Positions 12,151 to 25,276 of a DNA stretch of 64,000 nucleotides are shown piece by piece; the stretch's first letter is position 1; every line of letters begins with the position of its first letter. The stretch is from the NCBI GenBank assembly GCA_030390025.1, contig CM059432.1:63366001-63430000 (forward strand). The letters are read 5' to 3'. Made by a program: the position numbers and the translations under genes. The notes beneath the pieces were generated by a model that did not search any database, was not told the origin of the DNA, and saw nothing but the letters and a program-made list of their open reading frames with translations. The stretch is from Squalus acanthias. Its lineage: Eukaryota.

Positions 12151-14070
12151 CTTTATTATTTTTTTAAAATACCACTTTTCAAAGCTGTCAAAAAGTTAAA
12201 ACTCTTGCAAGACAAATCTGACAAGACATTAAGAAAAAGTGCCTGATTTTTACAGAGCGTTTCATTTGGAAAGGGACATGCAAATTAATGTAAAATATTG
12301 TGACCAATAAATTAAATAATGTATGTCCCAAAGTGCACTTTACGCCATTCTGCCTCTGTAAAGCTGATCGGAATGCTTGCTGTGCAAGTTATATACTGTA
12401 ACCCATAATTAGCTAATTAAGATGAAGGGCAGGTTGATTTAAAGTATTGGAACAAGGGACATCAGCTTTCAATTTTACATTGTCTGATACTGATTACAAA
12501 TTCGATACTAAAGAATAAAACTGAAATCTAAAGGACAGATTATAATAGCATCTCTTTGGTGTCAAGGGTGTATGTGAATGATAGATGTTCCTTTTATATA
12601 GATCAATAATAATATTGTGCTGCAGTTTAAAAATATGCACTACCCTACACTTAACCGTCAAAATGTTTTTGAAAATGTGAATATAACAAACAAATGTAAA
12701 GATTTTGTTTGGCTAAAAACTTTCTGAAAATGTGTGCACTCGGAACGACAAAAAGAAACAGTCGTTTTTAGGACGGTCGAGTTTACAATGCGGTTTTCTA
12801 TGAATTTCAAACAAAATTTTATGTAACGAGAAACTTAAAGAAAGCTTGTCTTTACGAAATTGTTCCATTATCGCCACAGTAAACGTACGAGAATATTAAC
12901 GGTAAATAAAACACGCTATTTTTAACTGATCGGTTACTACGGGAATAAAAACTTTTTGGAACGGTTTTATCGGCAGTATCAAAGGGTGGGTTATTTAAAC
13001 ATGGATTAGTGAACACTTTATGCATTTGGATTACTTCAAACAAAATCCAAATTTGGTATGAGCAAGCCGAGCAAAATCCATCGGAGTCTCGATCTGGAAA
13101 TGTTACAGAAACTTAAACACTCGTAACAACGCGTTTAATAAACACATTATTTTTAAATTGATCATGACGTGCAGTTTTGAGGCAATGCAATCTCTGTCTT
13201 TTTGTCAAGGCAGATGATTACAAGGAGGTAAGAAGTGATCCGTTAACTCGCATGCATCGTACGTACAGATGTTTTATAGGAAAACATTCTTCCGCAAAAG
13301 GACTTTTAGAAGAAGCGGCTGCGCGCACCTGTCTAGCCACATGACTGCAGGCTGTTGTCGGGTAGATTACACGCGGAAAAGTTCAAGGAGGGAGGGAAGA
13401 GGATCAAACCATGCAGATTGTGTAAACTGCTGCAAACAATTCCGTGTCAAGTACTGTATTGGCAAGTGTCCTGGATCAGCCGTTTTTGTCTTAATGCTGC
13501 CGCCCCCTACTGGCGACGATGACTAACTGCAAGACAAGCGGGTACGGTGTGGGGTGCTACATTTCAGCAATCAAATGTCACCACCACGCGGCTGGAAATA
13601 CTAGGAAATCATGTAAACCTGACAGAAGAGGAGGTAAACACATGAGAAATTTTGGCAAAGTTGGAACATGGCCCGGAATTTGCGGTCCGGATGATGGCGA
13701 ACTGGCAGCGTTCGCTGTCATTTCGCCTTTGAAACTGATCACAACTTCAGAATTTAGCGCCTAAGCAGCCTAATGCGGAAATCCTGAAGTTACGGTCTGT
13801 TATCCACTGCTCCGACACAGGCTGTGCTGTGCACCCCCTCCCTCCCAACCCACACACAGAGCCTGCAATCAGTGAAATCTCTCAAATCATGGAAACTGAC
13901 GAAAAATTCGGTTCTTCCATAGTAATTACGCTGTTTTAACAGTGTATTGACACCCATATAGATGCTATTATAACCTCTCCTTTAGGTATGCTGAAGTGCT
14001 AGTATCAATGCCTGTGCGCATACAGCAGATATTATCAATGAATGTTGTATACAAATGATTGTGTCACGTG

Positions 14071-14495
14071 TGTCAGCTGTGGCTCAGTGGGTAGCACACT
14101 TGCCTCTGAGTCAGAAGGTTGTGGGTTCAAGTCCCACTCCAGCTACTTGAAGCACATAAAGATAGGCTGACACTCCAGTCCAGTGCAGTGCTGAGGGAAT
14201 GCAGTCTTTCGGATGAGACGTTAAACCGAGGCCCTGTCTGCTCTCTCAGGTGGACGTAAAAGATCCCATGGCACTATTTCGAAGAAGGGTAGGGGAGTTA
14301 TCCCTGGTGTCCTGGCCAATATTTATCTGTCAACCAACATAACAAAAACAGATTATCTGGTCATTTTCACATTGCTGTTTGTGGGAGTTGGCTGCCGCGT
14401 TTCCACAATACAACAGTGACTGCACTTCATTGGCTGTAAAGTGCTTTGAGACGTCCGGTGGTCGTGAAAGGCACTATATAAATGCAAGTCGTCTT
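14071..14495 (+). mobile_element. tRNA-derived SINE (DeuSINE-like, L2-type tail), family 1
   Basis: Pol III A box TGGCTCAGTGG, B box GGTTCAAGTCC; 3' end aaaggcactatataaatgcaagtc resembles the L2 tail; close copy at 28493-28958. Confidence 0.85.
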
Positions 14496-14619
14496 CTTCA
14501 GAATGTGTGAGAAAATACATTTTTACACTGTGTAGCTGACTGCAGACAAGTGGTTCTTCCTCTATCAACTGTGCTCCATTGTGGAAACCGACCAACCTAA
14601 AGAAAACCTACGACTAAAC

Positions 14620-14830
14620 AGTAGGCTGGCCTAGTAGTTAAAGTACTGAACTATCCAGAGGTCATAAGTTCAAATCTCACCATGGCAAGTTGTGAAACTG
14701 AATTTAATGAATTTGGTAATTTGTGGGATAGTTGTAAAAACTCAACTGGTTCACTAATGTCCTTCAGGGATGGGAAGCTGCCTGGTCTGGCCTACATGTG
14801 ATTCCAATTTTGCACTATATGGTTGGCCTA
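14620..14830 (+). mobile_element. Degenerate SINE family 2 fragment
   Basis: Similar to 25277-25675 (agttcaaatctcaccatggca...ggttcactaatgtccttcaggga). Confidence 0.65.
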
Positions 14831-15459
14831 GGGCAGCAAGGGTATACTTTCCCAGCACAAATACAAAACACTGTGCCATTGGGCCGGTCTAATTCGACTA
14901 ATAAGTCTCTATATTAACAGTGGAGTGCAGTAGCTCCCAAATGTAGAATGTAAAAATGGAAGAGTGACGGTAATAAAAATCCTGCAACATATAAAAGCAC
15001 CTAAAAGCAGTATTAGTTCCTGTGTAAGTCAGTGAGTATGCTGTCTGTGTATAATATTAGGGTGCAGTTTTACTGACACTTCTCTTTCACTGTAAAACAG
15101 TTTCCGGTTCACAGTGATTCACAAGTGATGGTATACTCCAGAGACAAGTCTCAATCTGACTCTAGAACACAGATGTGTGGGAGAGAGAGACCAGTGCAAT
15201 GTGAAGCTCAGGGTGCATTGAACCTCTTGGGAACTTTATAAATATAAGATGAGATTTAAAAAAAATTTGTGTCAGCCTCCACTTGCAATCTCAAAACAAA
15301 CAAGATACAACATCTGGGAGCAGAGCTTTACATATGTGTGTAAGCACGTAAACCAGAGCTCTTTTATGGAGGTGGGAGCAGCCTGCAATATAATAATGTG
15401 AATGTATTAATATTAATGCCGGAATGCCTTAGTATGTGAGGCAGAGGGAATACCATTTT

Positions 15460-15474
15460 GTGTGCGTGTGTATG

Positions 15475-15513
<39 letters not shown>
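15460..15513. repeat. (TG)n/(TA)n microsatellite
   Basis: Direct reading of the dinucleotide runs. Confidence 0.95.
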
Positions 15514-15515
<2 letters not shown>

Positions 15516-17660
15516 GGATATGAGATATAATATGAGCAGAGTTATGTGTGAAAGAGCCACCATTAAATGACTGCTGGAGACATTTTGCTCTTTTGGAAAT
15601 AATTATTAACGTTTACCTGTTTCTTTTTGGATCAATTGGCCATCAGCTGACAAGATTATCTGGGTTTCCTCTCAATGAATTCATGTCTCGCGAATTAAAG
15701 AGTTTCACCCTGCAGAAATGAGCCAATTTGCACACACCTGCACTGGTTGTCATTGTTACACTTCTCAAGCAACAAATGAGCTACTTAATCACCATTTCTT
15801 CCAAATGTGCTGTAAATAAGGCAGTGAAGAAATCAGAATGCTCACATGATGTTTGCTTACATTGTTCACAAACCCTGACTTTCTGACCTGAACCCTTTTT
15901 AACAGAATCCTTAAAAAGCAGGATAGCCTTTTCAAAACCAGCAGGTGGTCCACTACAGTAAAGACATTGATAACCTTTGAACAAAGGATGGTAGTTTTCA
16001 ACACATAAACAGTCAAAGGTATTCCTCTTGAGGAGGAGGGAGGGGTGCATCAGGTGGTATGCGCAATACTCATGGTGCCTTATGATTTCTACAACAGGTA
16101 ACATCACTTATCTATGCTTTAATATCGAGAACAACAGTTTTGTACTTCACTGCTTTCCAATGCAGTTGTGAATTGGAGAAATGTGTTGTGCATTCATCAT
16201 TTATGTTCGACTGTCTTCATAAATGATGGTGAAAGAATTAGTAGTTAGAAGTGACTCAGCCTAGGGTTAGTTGGTAGGCATACTGATGAACCTTTGGTGC
16301 ATTTAACACTGATTAAGTAGTTTTGTACACCAAGTTGTCAACAACGTCATAGCTCACAATCGATTTACAATCATAATGCTGCTACCACATATGCGCAGGG
16401 TAACAAGAATACCAGTCGGTTATCCATAAAATCTTCAGCTTGACTTGTTAAATACTATTCCTTCCAATCATAAAAACTGCACCAAGTGGTGCTGCATATC
16501 AAACATGGTTACAATGCCAAAATAAAGAGCGATTCATTGTAATTTGTAACGGTTTCTTTTATAAATCAAATACTCATGCACTTCAGTCATATGAGTATGA
16601 TTCAGAAAATTGCCTGTTGCAAGTTCAAGTAACCCTCTCTTCATTTGGACAACAAAACCTATTTCTCAAGTAGCAGAACTTGGTACAGTTCTTCTGATTG
16701 TAGTAAAGTTAAAGGCCTGCCCAAAATGAATAAATGGTAAGTGCAGAGTCGAAGTGTCAGAAATTACATTACTTATTAAAGTGCATGACTCTGTGAGTTG
16801 GTGCCTTTGTACAATATACTGTGGAAACAGGTTATGATGATTTACTTGTCCAACCAGGTGATTTGCAAAGAGCCCACGCTTTGTAAAAGTTTGCTATATA
16901 TCAACTTTACTAAGGTGAGAGTGGATGTTGACCTGCAAAGACAATATCAGTCCATGTTAGATGGCATGCATGACTAGACAAGCGTATCATCCTATCTGAA
17001 TTATTCTTATCTTGAGGAAAACATCAATGTTTCTATACAAAAAAAATTCAACAAGCATATTCCAGATATTAACAAACATTTATCAAGGTTTTTTTTAACT
17101 TTCTGCTTTTATTATTTACATCTCACACCTTTAGGAACAGGAGGAGAGAATAACAGAAAAGTTACAGAAAATATCAACATTACTTCACCAGTTTCTGTAC
17201 TTCAGCCTTTTGCTCCATGAGGAAAATATACACTTATGTATGAAGAAGATATATTTTTCACACCAGCCATACTCCACTCAGATAAGAGCAACATGAGAGA
17301 AGTCACAACTTGCCAGTGCCAGAGTGAGTCTTGTAATTGCTCCTGTACCTAGACATAGATGTTGATTTTCTGAGTTTGTGCTGCCAGTGCGTTTCAATAT
17401 TTAATAAGGAAATTTTCCTCTTATTGCACTTGAGCATAAAAGATGGTTATCAGTTTAACCATTCATTATTTTACAAAATCAAAATGTTCTCCTATTTTCC
17501 CGTAAACACCTGATAATTTGTGTTGAAATATTAAGTACCGCACACCTTAATATATACTGTAGAAACTAGTTACATCCCTGTGGAGTTGTTCACAAGTTGG
17601 TTCTGGTCTGGAATGTGATTGTGATGTTTAGAATGAGGCAGGAAAGGTACACAGCAGGGG

Positions 17661-19865
17661 AAGATGCCTGTGCGTGAATTCTTTTATCGCGGGGTGGCCA
17701 TTGCACACCAGCTACCACATGGGCTTGACAGAGCAAGGTCTTGGACCAATGGCAAGGGGATCCAAGGCGATTGGAGACCAGGCTCTGCTACATCGGCCTA
17801 GCACACACACACAAACATACTCCTACTGTCCTCCTCCCTCCTTCCCGCAGGACCTCTCTGCCTGGGTTTCATAGGAAGCGGTGTGGTCCTCTTGACCTCG
17901 CTGCTGGCCCATGCTGCACCTTCCCTGGGCCCCGACCCCGCTGCTGGTCCATGCTGCGCCACTCCTGGGCCTCAACCACGCTGCTGGGCTCGTCCTCGCT
18001 CTTGGGTCCCGGATCCCGACCTCGCTCCTGGGCCTCGACTCGCTCCTGGGCCTCGACCACGCTCTGAGGCCTCGACCTCGCTCCTGGCCCCGCCCTCACT
18101 CCTGGATCCCGACCTCGCTCTGGGCCTGACCTCGCTCATGGATCCCGACCTCGCTCCTGGGCCTCGTTCCCTCGCTCCTGGGCCTCGACCTCGCTCCTTG
18201 GGCACTCGACTCGCTCTGGGCCTCGTACCCTCGCTCATGGGCCTCGGACCTCGATCCTGGGCCTCCGACTCGTTCCTGGGGCCCGCCCTCACTCCTGGAT
18301 CCCGACTCGCTCCTGGCTCGACCTCGCTCCTGGGATCCCGACCTCGCTACTGGGCCTCGTCTCGCTCATGGGCCTCGACATCGTCCTGGGCCTCGACTCG
18401 CTCATGGGCATGTCATCGCTCCTGGGCTCGAACCTCGCTCCTGGGCCCCGCCCTCACTCCTGGATCCCGACCTCGCTCTGGCATCGTTCCTCGCTCCTGG
18501 GCCCCGCCCTCACTCCTGGATCCCGCCCTCGCTCCTGGATCCCGTCCTCGCTCTGGGCCCACCTCGAGCCTGGGACCCCGCATCCAAAACTCCTGGATCC
18601 CGCCCTCGCTTCTGGATCCCGTCCTCGCTCCTGGATCCCGTCCTCGCTCCTGGGCCCCGCCCTCACTCCTGGGCCCCGCCCTCGCTCCTGGATCCCGCCC
18701 TCGCTCCTGGGTCCCGACCTCGCTCCTGGGTCCCGGCCTCGGACATGAATGATGTTGTCTTTCACAAGATCAAATTAGCACTAATATTCTGGTGATGGTT
18801 AACCAGGGGGAGGTTAGTAGAACTCATCAGTTTTTTTGTATTTGTGCCTCGCGATCTCTGGCCCCGAGCTCAGATGCTTGCGTCTGCGCACACTCAGAGG
18901 TCAAACTCCAAACCATCGTCAACACCTTCACCGAAGCATACGAGAGCATGGGCCTTACATTAAACATCCATAAGACAAAGGTCCTCTACCAACCTGCCCC
19001 GCCACACAGTACTGCCCCCCGATTATCAAAATTCACTACGAGGCCTTGGACAACGTGGACCACTTTCCATACCTCGGGAGCCTACTGTCAACAAGGGCAG
19101 ACGTCGATGACGAAGTCCTACACCGCCATCAGCGTGCCAGTGCAGCCTTCGGTCGCCTGAGGAAGAGAGTGTTTGAAGACCAGGACCTCAAACCCGGCAC
19201 TAAGCTCATGGTCTACAGAGCACTAGTGATACCTGCCCTCCTGTATGCTTCAGAGACATGGACCATGTACAGCAGGCACCTCAAAGCACTGGAGAGGTAC
19301 CACCAATGCTGCCTCCACAAGATCCTGCAAATCCATCGGCAGGATAGGTGCACTAACATCAGTGTTCTCGCTCAGGCCAACATCCCCAGCATCGAAGCTG
19401 TGACCACGCTCGATCAGCTCCGATGGATGGGCCACATCGTCCGCATGCCCGATACAAGACTCGCAAAACAAGTGCTCTACTCGGAGCTCCGACACGGCAA
19501 GAGAGCCCAGGTGGGCAGAGGAAACGCTTCAAGGACACCCTCAAAGCCTGCTTGAAAAAGTGCAACATCCCCACCGACACCTGGGAATCTCTGGCCCAAG
19601 ACCGTACAAAGTGAAGGAGAAGCATCCGGGAAGGCGTTGAACACCTCGAGTCTCTTCGCCGGGAGCAAGCAGAAGCCAAGCGCAAACAGCAGAAGGAGCG
19701 CACATCAACCCAAGCAGCCCACCCACCCGCCCCTTCAACCACCGTCTGTCCCACCTGTGACAGAGACTGTAGGTCCCACATTGGACTCATCAGTCACCTG
19801 AGAACTCATTTTTAGTGTGGAAGCAAGTCATCCTCAGTTCCGAGGGACTGCCTAAGAAGAAGAAG
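17661..19865 (+). mobile_element. Composite RTE-clade retroposon: unique head, GC-rich minisatellite, RTE ORF 3' end, (AAG)n tail
   Basis: 12-bp TSD ACACAGCAGGGG at 17649-17660 and 19866-19877. RTE motifs VDHFPYLGS, TKLMVYRALVIPALLYASETW, QLRWMGHIVRMPDTR, C-terminal CPTCDRDC..HLRTH; tail taagaagaagaag. Confidence 0.88.
17890..18745. repeat. About 19-bp-unit GC-rich minisatellite (consensus near CCTCGCTCCTGG(GCC/ATC)CCGA)
   Basis: Dozens of degenerate tandem units; it accounts for the low-complexity ORFs in all frames. Confidence 0.92.
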
Positions 19866-21229
19866 ACACAGCAGGGGGTACTCGAACTGAGCACTGGGTG
19901 CAGTGTTTAGCGGAAAATCAGGTGGGGTGGATTGCATGCTTGTAACGGAGCTCAGACGATTTTCTATCCATTTAAATTAATAGATGAAAAATGGGAAGGG
20001 GGGTGTGGCTTTGTGTAGGTGTACCATCCCCTCCTGCCTGATTTTCCTCTATTTGCTGCACCCAGATGATTCTCTACACTCAAGCATAATAAGGGGAAAA
20101 TCAGGCCCTATGTCTCCTCCAGTGTGTTGAACAGTTTAGCTCTCCCCTTCCCCCATCACCCCCAGTGCTCAGTTCGCATATCCCCTGCTGTGTACCTTTC
20201 CTGCCTCATGCTAAGCATCACAATCGCATTCCAGACCAGAACCAACTTGTGAACAACTCCACAGGGAAGTAACTAGTTTCTACAGTATATATTAAGGTGC
20301 ACTGTATTTAATATTCAACACAAATTATGAAGTGTTTAAGGGAAAATAGGAGAACATTTTGATTTTGTAAAACGTTAAACTGAAAGATAATATTTAGGAT
20401 TTCAGTTTTGCGGTACATGGAGTGTTTTCTCAGCTAATGGGTCTTCTCAGTGGAGTTGGTGATATATTTGAACAGATTGAAAGCCACACTTGAGTTCAAG
20501 TGCAAACGTTACCTCAAAGCAAACCGAAGGTATCGGTGATGTTTCTAAATGTTAATAAACCTCTTTAGTGGCATCTGCTGGATGATTATGCAAACTGTAC
20601 CGAACAATTTTCACAAAATGTCCAAAACCAGGAAAAATTGTTTCTTTAACCTTAAGAGTTCATTTCAGGAGCAACTTAAAAAAAACAACCGTTGTCTGGG
20701 TCGTATTTTGCGAGAAGTATCAACGCAACCCATAACATGATTGTTTTTGTAGTCGAACTCCTCAAATATTTACTAAATAATAATTGGTGATTAGCACCCA
20801 GTGCTACTCATTTAAACTGTCAGTCCTAAAAGTGTAAACTAGTCTGATCATGTCACACCAACAAATAAACTTAGCTTCATATATTTAAATAGGTTTCAAA
20901 TCTGTCACTTTTGCTGATGATAAATCTCATTCCTACTATATTTTACCAGTATTCACAGACTAATAATTAGCTTAAATTAAGTAAAACAGAAATGTATTAC
21001 TTTGGCAAAGAAAATTCAACAGAAAATAGCAGGCAAATACTAATAAATATAAATGTATTAAAAGCTGTAATCATAAGTTATACAGCTTCTATTATTGATT
21101 TAACCAGTCTCACTTGTTGACTCAAGCGCCCTCTGCTGCTGAATTCTTTCTAGCTGTTTTGTAACTGCAGCTTTAGCATCCTTGTGAAGTGCTTTCCACT
21201 TTGTGATGATGTTAAAGTGACAGTATGGT

Positions 21230-24200
21230 GTGGATTTTCAACTAGCGCTCAAAAACGGTTGCGAAGTGGGTGGGCGTCTGCTACGTCTGCCTAAAGCTGA
21301 CCATGTGAGGCACGTGCTTCAATTCCACAGTAAGGGCCAGTGGTCAGCGCTACTTGTGTTTGTAAATGGCAGCTTACCTATGGAAATGAGGGGAGGGGCG
21401 GGCAGGAGATCCAGTGGGATTCCCGTCATTTAACGGCAGTCTGCATCCCCTGAAGAGGAGGTGCCTTTGTTGAATGGTGAATGACAGAGCTGATGCTGCA
21501 TAAAAATGTCTGCTGCTAGGATCAAACCCCACCCCCCCACCCCACACTTTTTCTGGCAATGGCATGGAGGTCTTTGTGGAGGCGGTGACCGGAAGGAAGG
21601 AGGTATTGTTCACTGCAGATGGGTGCAGAGTACCCCGGCCAGATAGCTCGGCAGCAACAGGCACAGATAGCTGGGCAGCAACAGGCACAGATAGCTGGGC
21701 AGCAACAGGCACAGATAGCTCGGCGCGTGCATGCCCGGAGTCTCACACCATGAACCTTGTAGCAATGTGGAAAGAAATTCAAGGACTCACTAGAGCTACT
21801 AAGGGAAGACTCCCATTCGCAACTTTCTTACAATCTGCATAGCCCTGCACCACAGTACTGTAGCCCCAGCACTAGCAAGTATTGCCACTGTTAGAGATTA
21901 AGATTGAGCAGCCAGCCTCTGATAATAATGTAAGAACAAAAGAATTAGTAGCAGGAGTAGGCCATACGTCCCCTCGAGCCTGCTCTGCCAGTCAATAAGA
22001 TCATGGCTGATCTTCGGCCTCAACTCCACTTTCCCACCCGATTTCAATATCCCTTGATTCCCCTAGAGTCCAAAAATCTATCTATCTCAGCCTTGAATAT
22101 ACTCAACGATTCAGCATCCACAGCCCTTTGGGGTAGAGATTTCAAAGATTCACAACCATCTGAGTGAAGAAGTTCCTCCTCATCTCAGTCTTAAATGACC
22201 GACCCCTTATCCTGAGGCTATGCCCCCGAGTTCTAGACTCTCCAACCAGGGGAAACAACCTCTCAGCATTTACCCTGTCAATCCCCCTCAGAATCTTATA
22301 TGTTTCAATGGGATCACCTCTCATTCTTCTTAACTCCAGAGAGTATAGGCCCAATCTACTCAATCTCTCTTCATAGGACAGCCCTCTCATCCCAGGGATC
22401 AATCTAGTGAACATTTGTTGCACCACCTCTAAGGCAAATATATCCTTCCTCAGATAAGGAGACCAAAACTGTGCACAGTACTCCAGGTGTGGTCTCACCA
22501 AAGCCCTGTACAATGTACAATTGTAGCAAGACTTCGTTACTCTTGTATTCCAACCCCTTGCAATAAAAGGCAACATGCCATTTGCCTTCCAAATTGCTTG
22601 CTGTACCTGCATGCTACCTCTCTGTGTTTCCCGTACGAGGACACCTAAATCACAACATTTAATAGTTTCTCACCATTTAAAAAATATTCTGTTTTTCTAT
22701 TCTTCCTATCAAAGTGAATAACCTTATATTTCCCCACATTATACTCCATCTGTTACCTTATTTCCCACTCACTTAACCTGTCTATATCCCTTTGCAGGCT
22801 CTTTGTGTCCTCCTCACAGCTTACTTTCCTTCCTAGCTTTGTATCATCAGAAAACTTGGATACATTGCACTTGGTCCCTTCATCTTAGTCATTAACATAG
22901 ATTATAAATAGCTGAGGCCCAAGCACTGATCCTTGCGGTACCCCACTAATTACAACCTGCCAATCTGAAAATTACTCGTTTATCCCTACCTTCTGATTTC
23001 GGTCTATTAACCAATCCTCTATCCATGCTAATATATTACCCCCAACCCCATAAGCCCTTATCTTGCATAGCAACCTTTTATGTTTTTTTTTATTCATTCA
23101 TGGGATGTGGGCATCGCTGGCAAGGCCAGCATTTATTGCCCATCCCTAGTTGCCCTTGAGAAGGTGGTGGTGTGCTGCCTTCTTGAACCGCTGCAGTCTG
23201 TGTGGTGAAGATACTCCCACAGTGCTGTTAGGGAGGGAGTTCCAGGATTTTGACCCAGTGACGATGAAGGAACGGCAATATACTTCCACCTTATCGAATG
23301 CCTTTTGGAAATCCAAATATACCACATCCACTGGTTCCCCTTTATCTACCCTATCCTCAAAAAACTCTAATAAATTTGTTAAACATAATTTACCTTTCAT
23401 AAAACCATGTTGACTCTGCCTAATCATATTATAGTTTTCTAAGTGCCCTGTTACCACTTCCTTAATAATGGATTCCAGCATTTTCCTGATGACCAATGGT
23501 CTGCGTAATAGAAAGGGGAAATTGAGGAATGGTTCAGGATAAATACCTTATGACAACTGCCAGGATACGAGGCACAAACCTGCATGAAGTGCTGAATGTT
23601 GTTGCACATCAATTGCAACTGGAGGTATATACTCCAGGGTCTTGTGTTGGAACATGCAAGACTTGTGTGTGGAGTCGATGATGCACTGCACCTGGAGGAA
23701 ACCTGCAATCCTGGCGAACCGCAGAGCCCTGTTATCCTGCCTCGTAGCCTCCATAGGGAAGGAGATGAAATCGTTGGGCCTGGCGAACAGTGCATCTGTC
23801 ACTTGCTTGATGCAGGCATGCACAGCTGATTGACTAATGTTGCTAATGTCACCTGCTGCAGCCTCAAATGACCCCCAAGGCATAAAATTTCAGCTCTGCA
23901 GTCACTTTCAGAACCACAGGCTAGAATGAGAGTGATCTGGTTCTGGGCTGCAGTTAATTCTTCAGCAGGTGACATAGCTGTGATGGTCTCCCCGGTAAAG
24001 CAAAGCCTCCTCATATACTGCTCCTCGCAGGTAGGTAGATTCTTGTCCTGTATACTCTAGTAGGATGAGCTCCCTACTTCTGCCTCTTTTCCCTGCAGGA
24101 GGTCTGTGGACTCATGCCTACTCCTCCTCCTCCTCCCCTTCAGCCACTATGGTATCCCAATCACAAAAGCTACCATCATATAGTCTCCCACCAAACTATG
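21230..24200. mobile_element. Degraded PIF/Harbinger relic (Myb ORF plus, transposase minus) with nested LINEs
   Basis: MEVFVEAVTGRKEVLF...W Myb-like ORF at 21564-21842; transposase GSFEAAAGDISNISQSAVHACIKQVTDAL...FLQVQCIIDSTH at 23548-23883. Ends uncertain. Confidence 0.75.
21930..23490 (-). mobile_element. CR1 LINE 3' part, with a nested 3' fragment (about 23085-23285) of the 53-55 kb LINE family
   Basis: SQHGFMKGKLCLTNLLEFFE, VVYLDFQKAFDKV, LVRPHLEYCAQFWSP; the nested piece ends in HHHLLKGN and a polyA tail. Confidence 0.88.
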
Positions 24201-25276
24201 TTCAGCAATATCTAATGTTCTCAATACATTCAACTCAATTCTGCACATGCTGCAATAATTGAATCACTTCACCTTAATGCCCATTGGTGTGGCAGTGGAG
24301 ATCTTAGGGCAAATTTTAGGAATTCTTCATTCTGATACAAAGCTCCACTCTGAGAGCACAAATTTGTAAAACCTTCCTGTTACTTTCAATTATTTTTTAT
24401 GTCTCTTTCCAATCTAACCAACAGATGCCACTTTTAATGGTTTCACCCTTTTCTCATTCATCCAGTAGTTGTGGGATCAAGAATGTATGTACAAGATTAA
24501 ATGTAAGAGATTTAGAACTGAGGACAGGAGAAAGCTCTTTACACAGAGAGTTGAGAGTCAGTGGAGGTCACTTTCAGGGTTAGTGGTTGAGGCAGAAACT
24601 ATGGCCGGAATTTTTACCTTTGCGCCGGGTTGGGTGCGTGCAGGTGGTGTAGCAGGTCGGGAGTGCGATGTTCTGAGCAGTGCGTTGCTCAGAACGACTT
24701 TTACTTAATGGCCCCAATTGAAAGACTCACGCGTGTTTCCCAGCCCCATTAAATGGTGCGGGCCTGATGACATCATCGATGATTCGTTTCCAGCGCCCAT
24801 ATTTAAAGCAGCCTTGCACTCAACTCACTTGAAGGTTGCTAGAGGAGGGTGGAACGTGACAAAGAAAGGAAGGATGGATAGCCACGCTTCTCAGATTCAT
24901 CGCTGCATACTCTGGTGGAGTCTGTCAGAGTACGCAGGGAGGTCCTCGTCCCTCTTGATAGGCAAAGGAGACCGCCACAAGAAACAAGAAGAGCCTGGCT
25001 GGATATAGCTGAGGCGGTCAGCAGCAGGGATGTGATGAGGAGGACCTGGATACAGTGCAGGAAATGCTTCAATGATCTCATGAGGTCAGGAAAGGTGAGT
25101 GCAATGCCACACCCACTTTCATCCTGATGTGCCTGTCAACACATCCCCATCTGACTAACCACCCCTCACACTCACCCTCATCCTAATGCAATCATAGCAA
25201 GTAACACCACAGAAGTTGGCCATTTGGCATTGGAACCCCACTCCCTCATAGTCACCCTCTACAGATGTACTGATTA

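Noticed and set aside
11608..12199. Several ORFs over the snai2 promoter
   Set aside because: GC-rich, stop-poor sequence with no recognisable domains.
14071..14150. tRNA gene (also at 28493 and 25277)
   Set aside because: These are SINE heads continuous with SINE bodies and LINE-like tails, not stand-alone cloverleafs.
17890..18745. Possible CRISPR-like array
   Set aside because: Tandem degenerate units with no unique spacers, eukaryotic context, no cas genes.
17883..18752. 289-aa Pro/Gly/Leu-rich ORF and overlapping ORFs
   Set aside because: Produced by the stop-poor GC-rich minisatellite; open in several frames on both strands.
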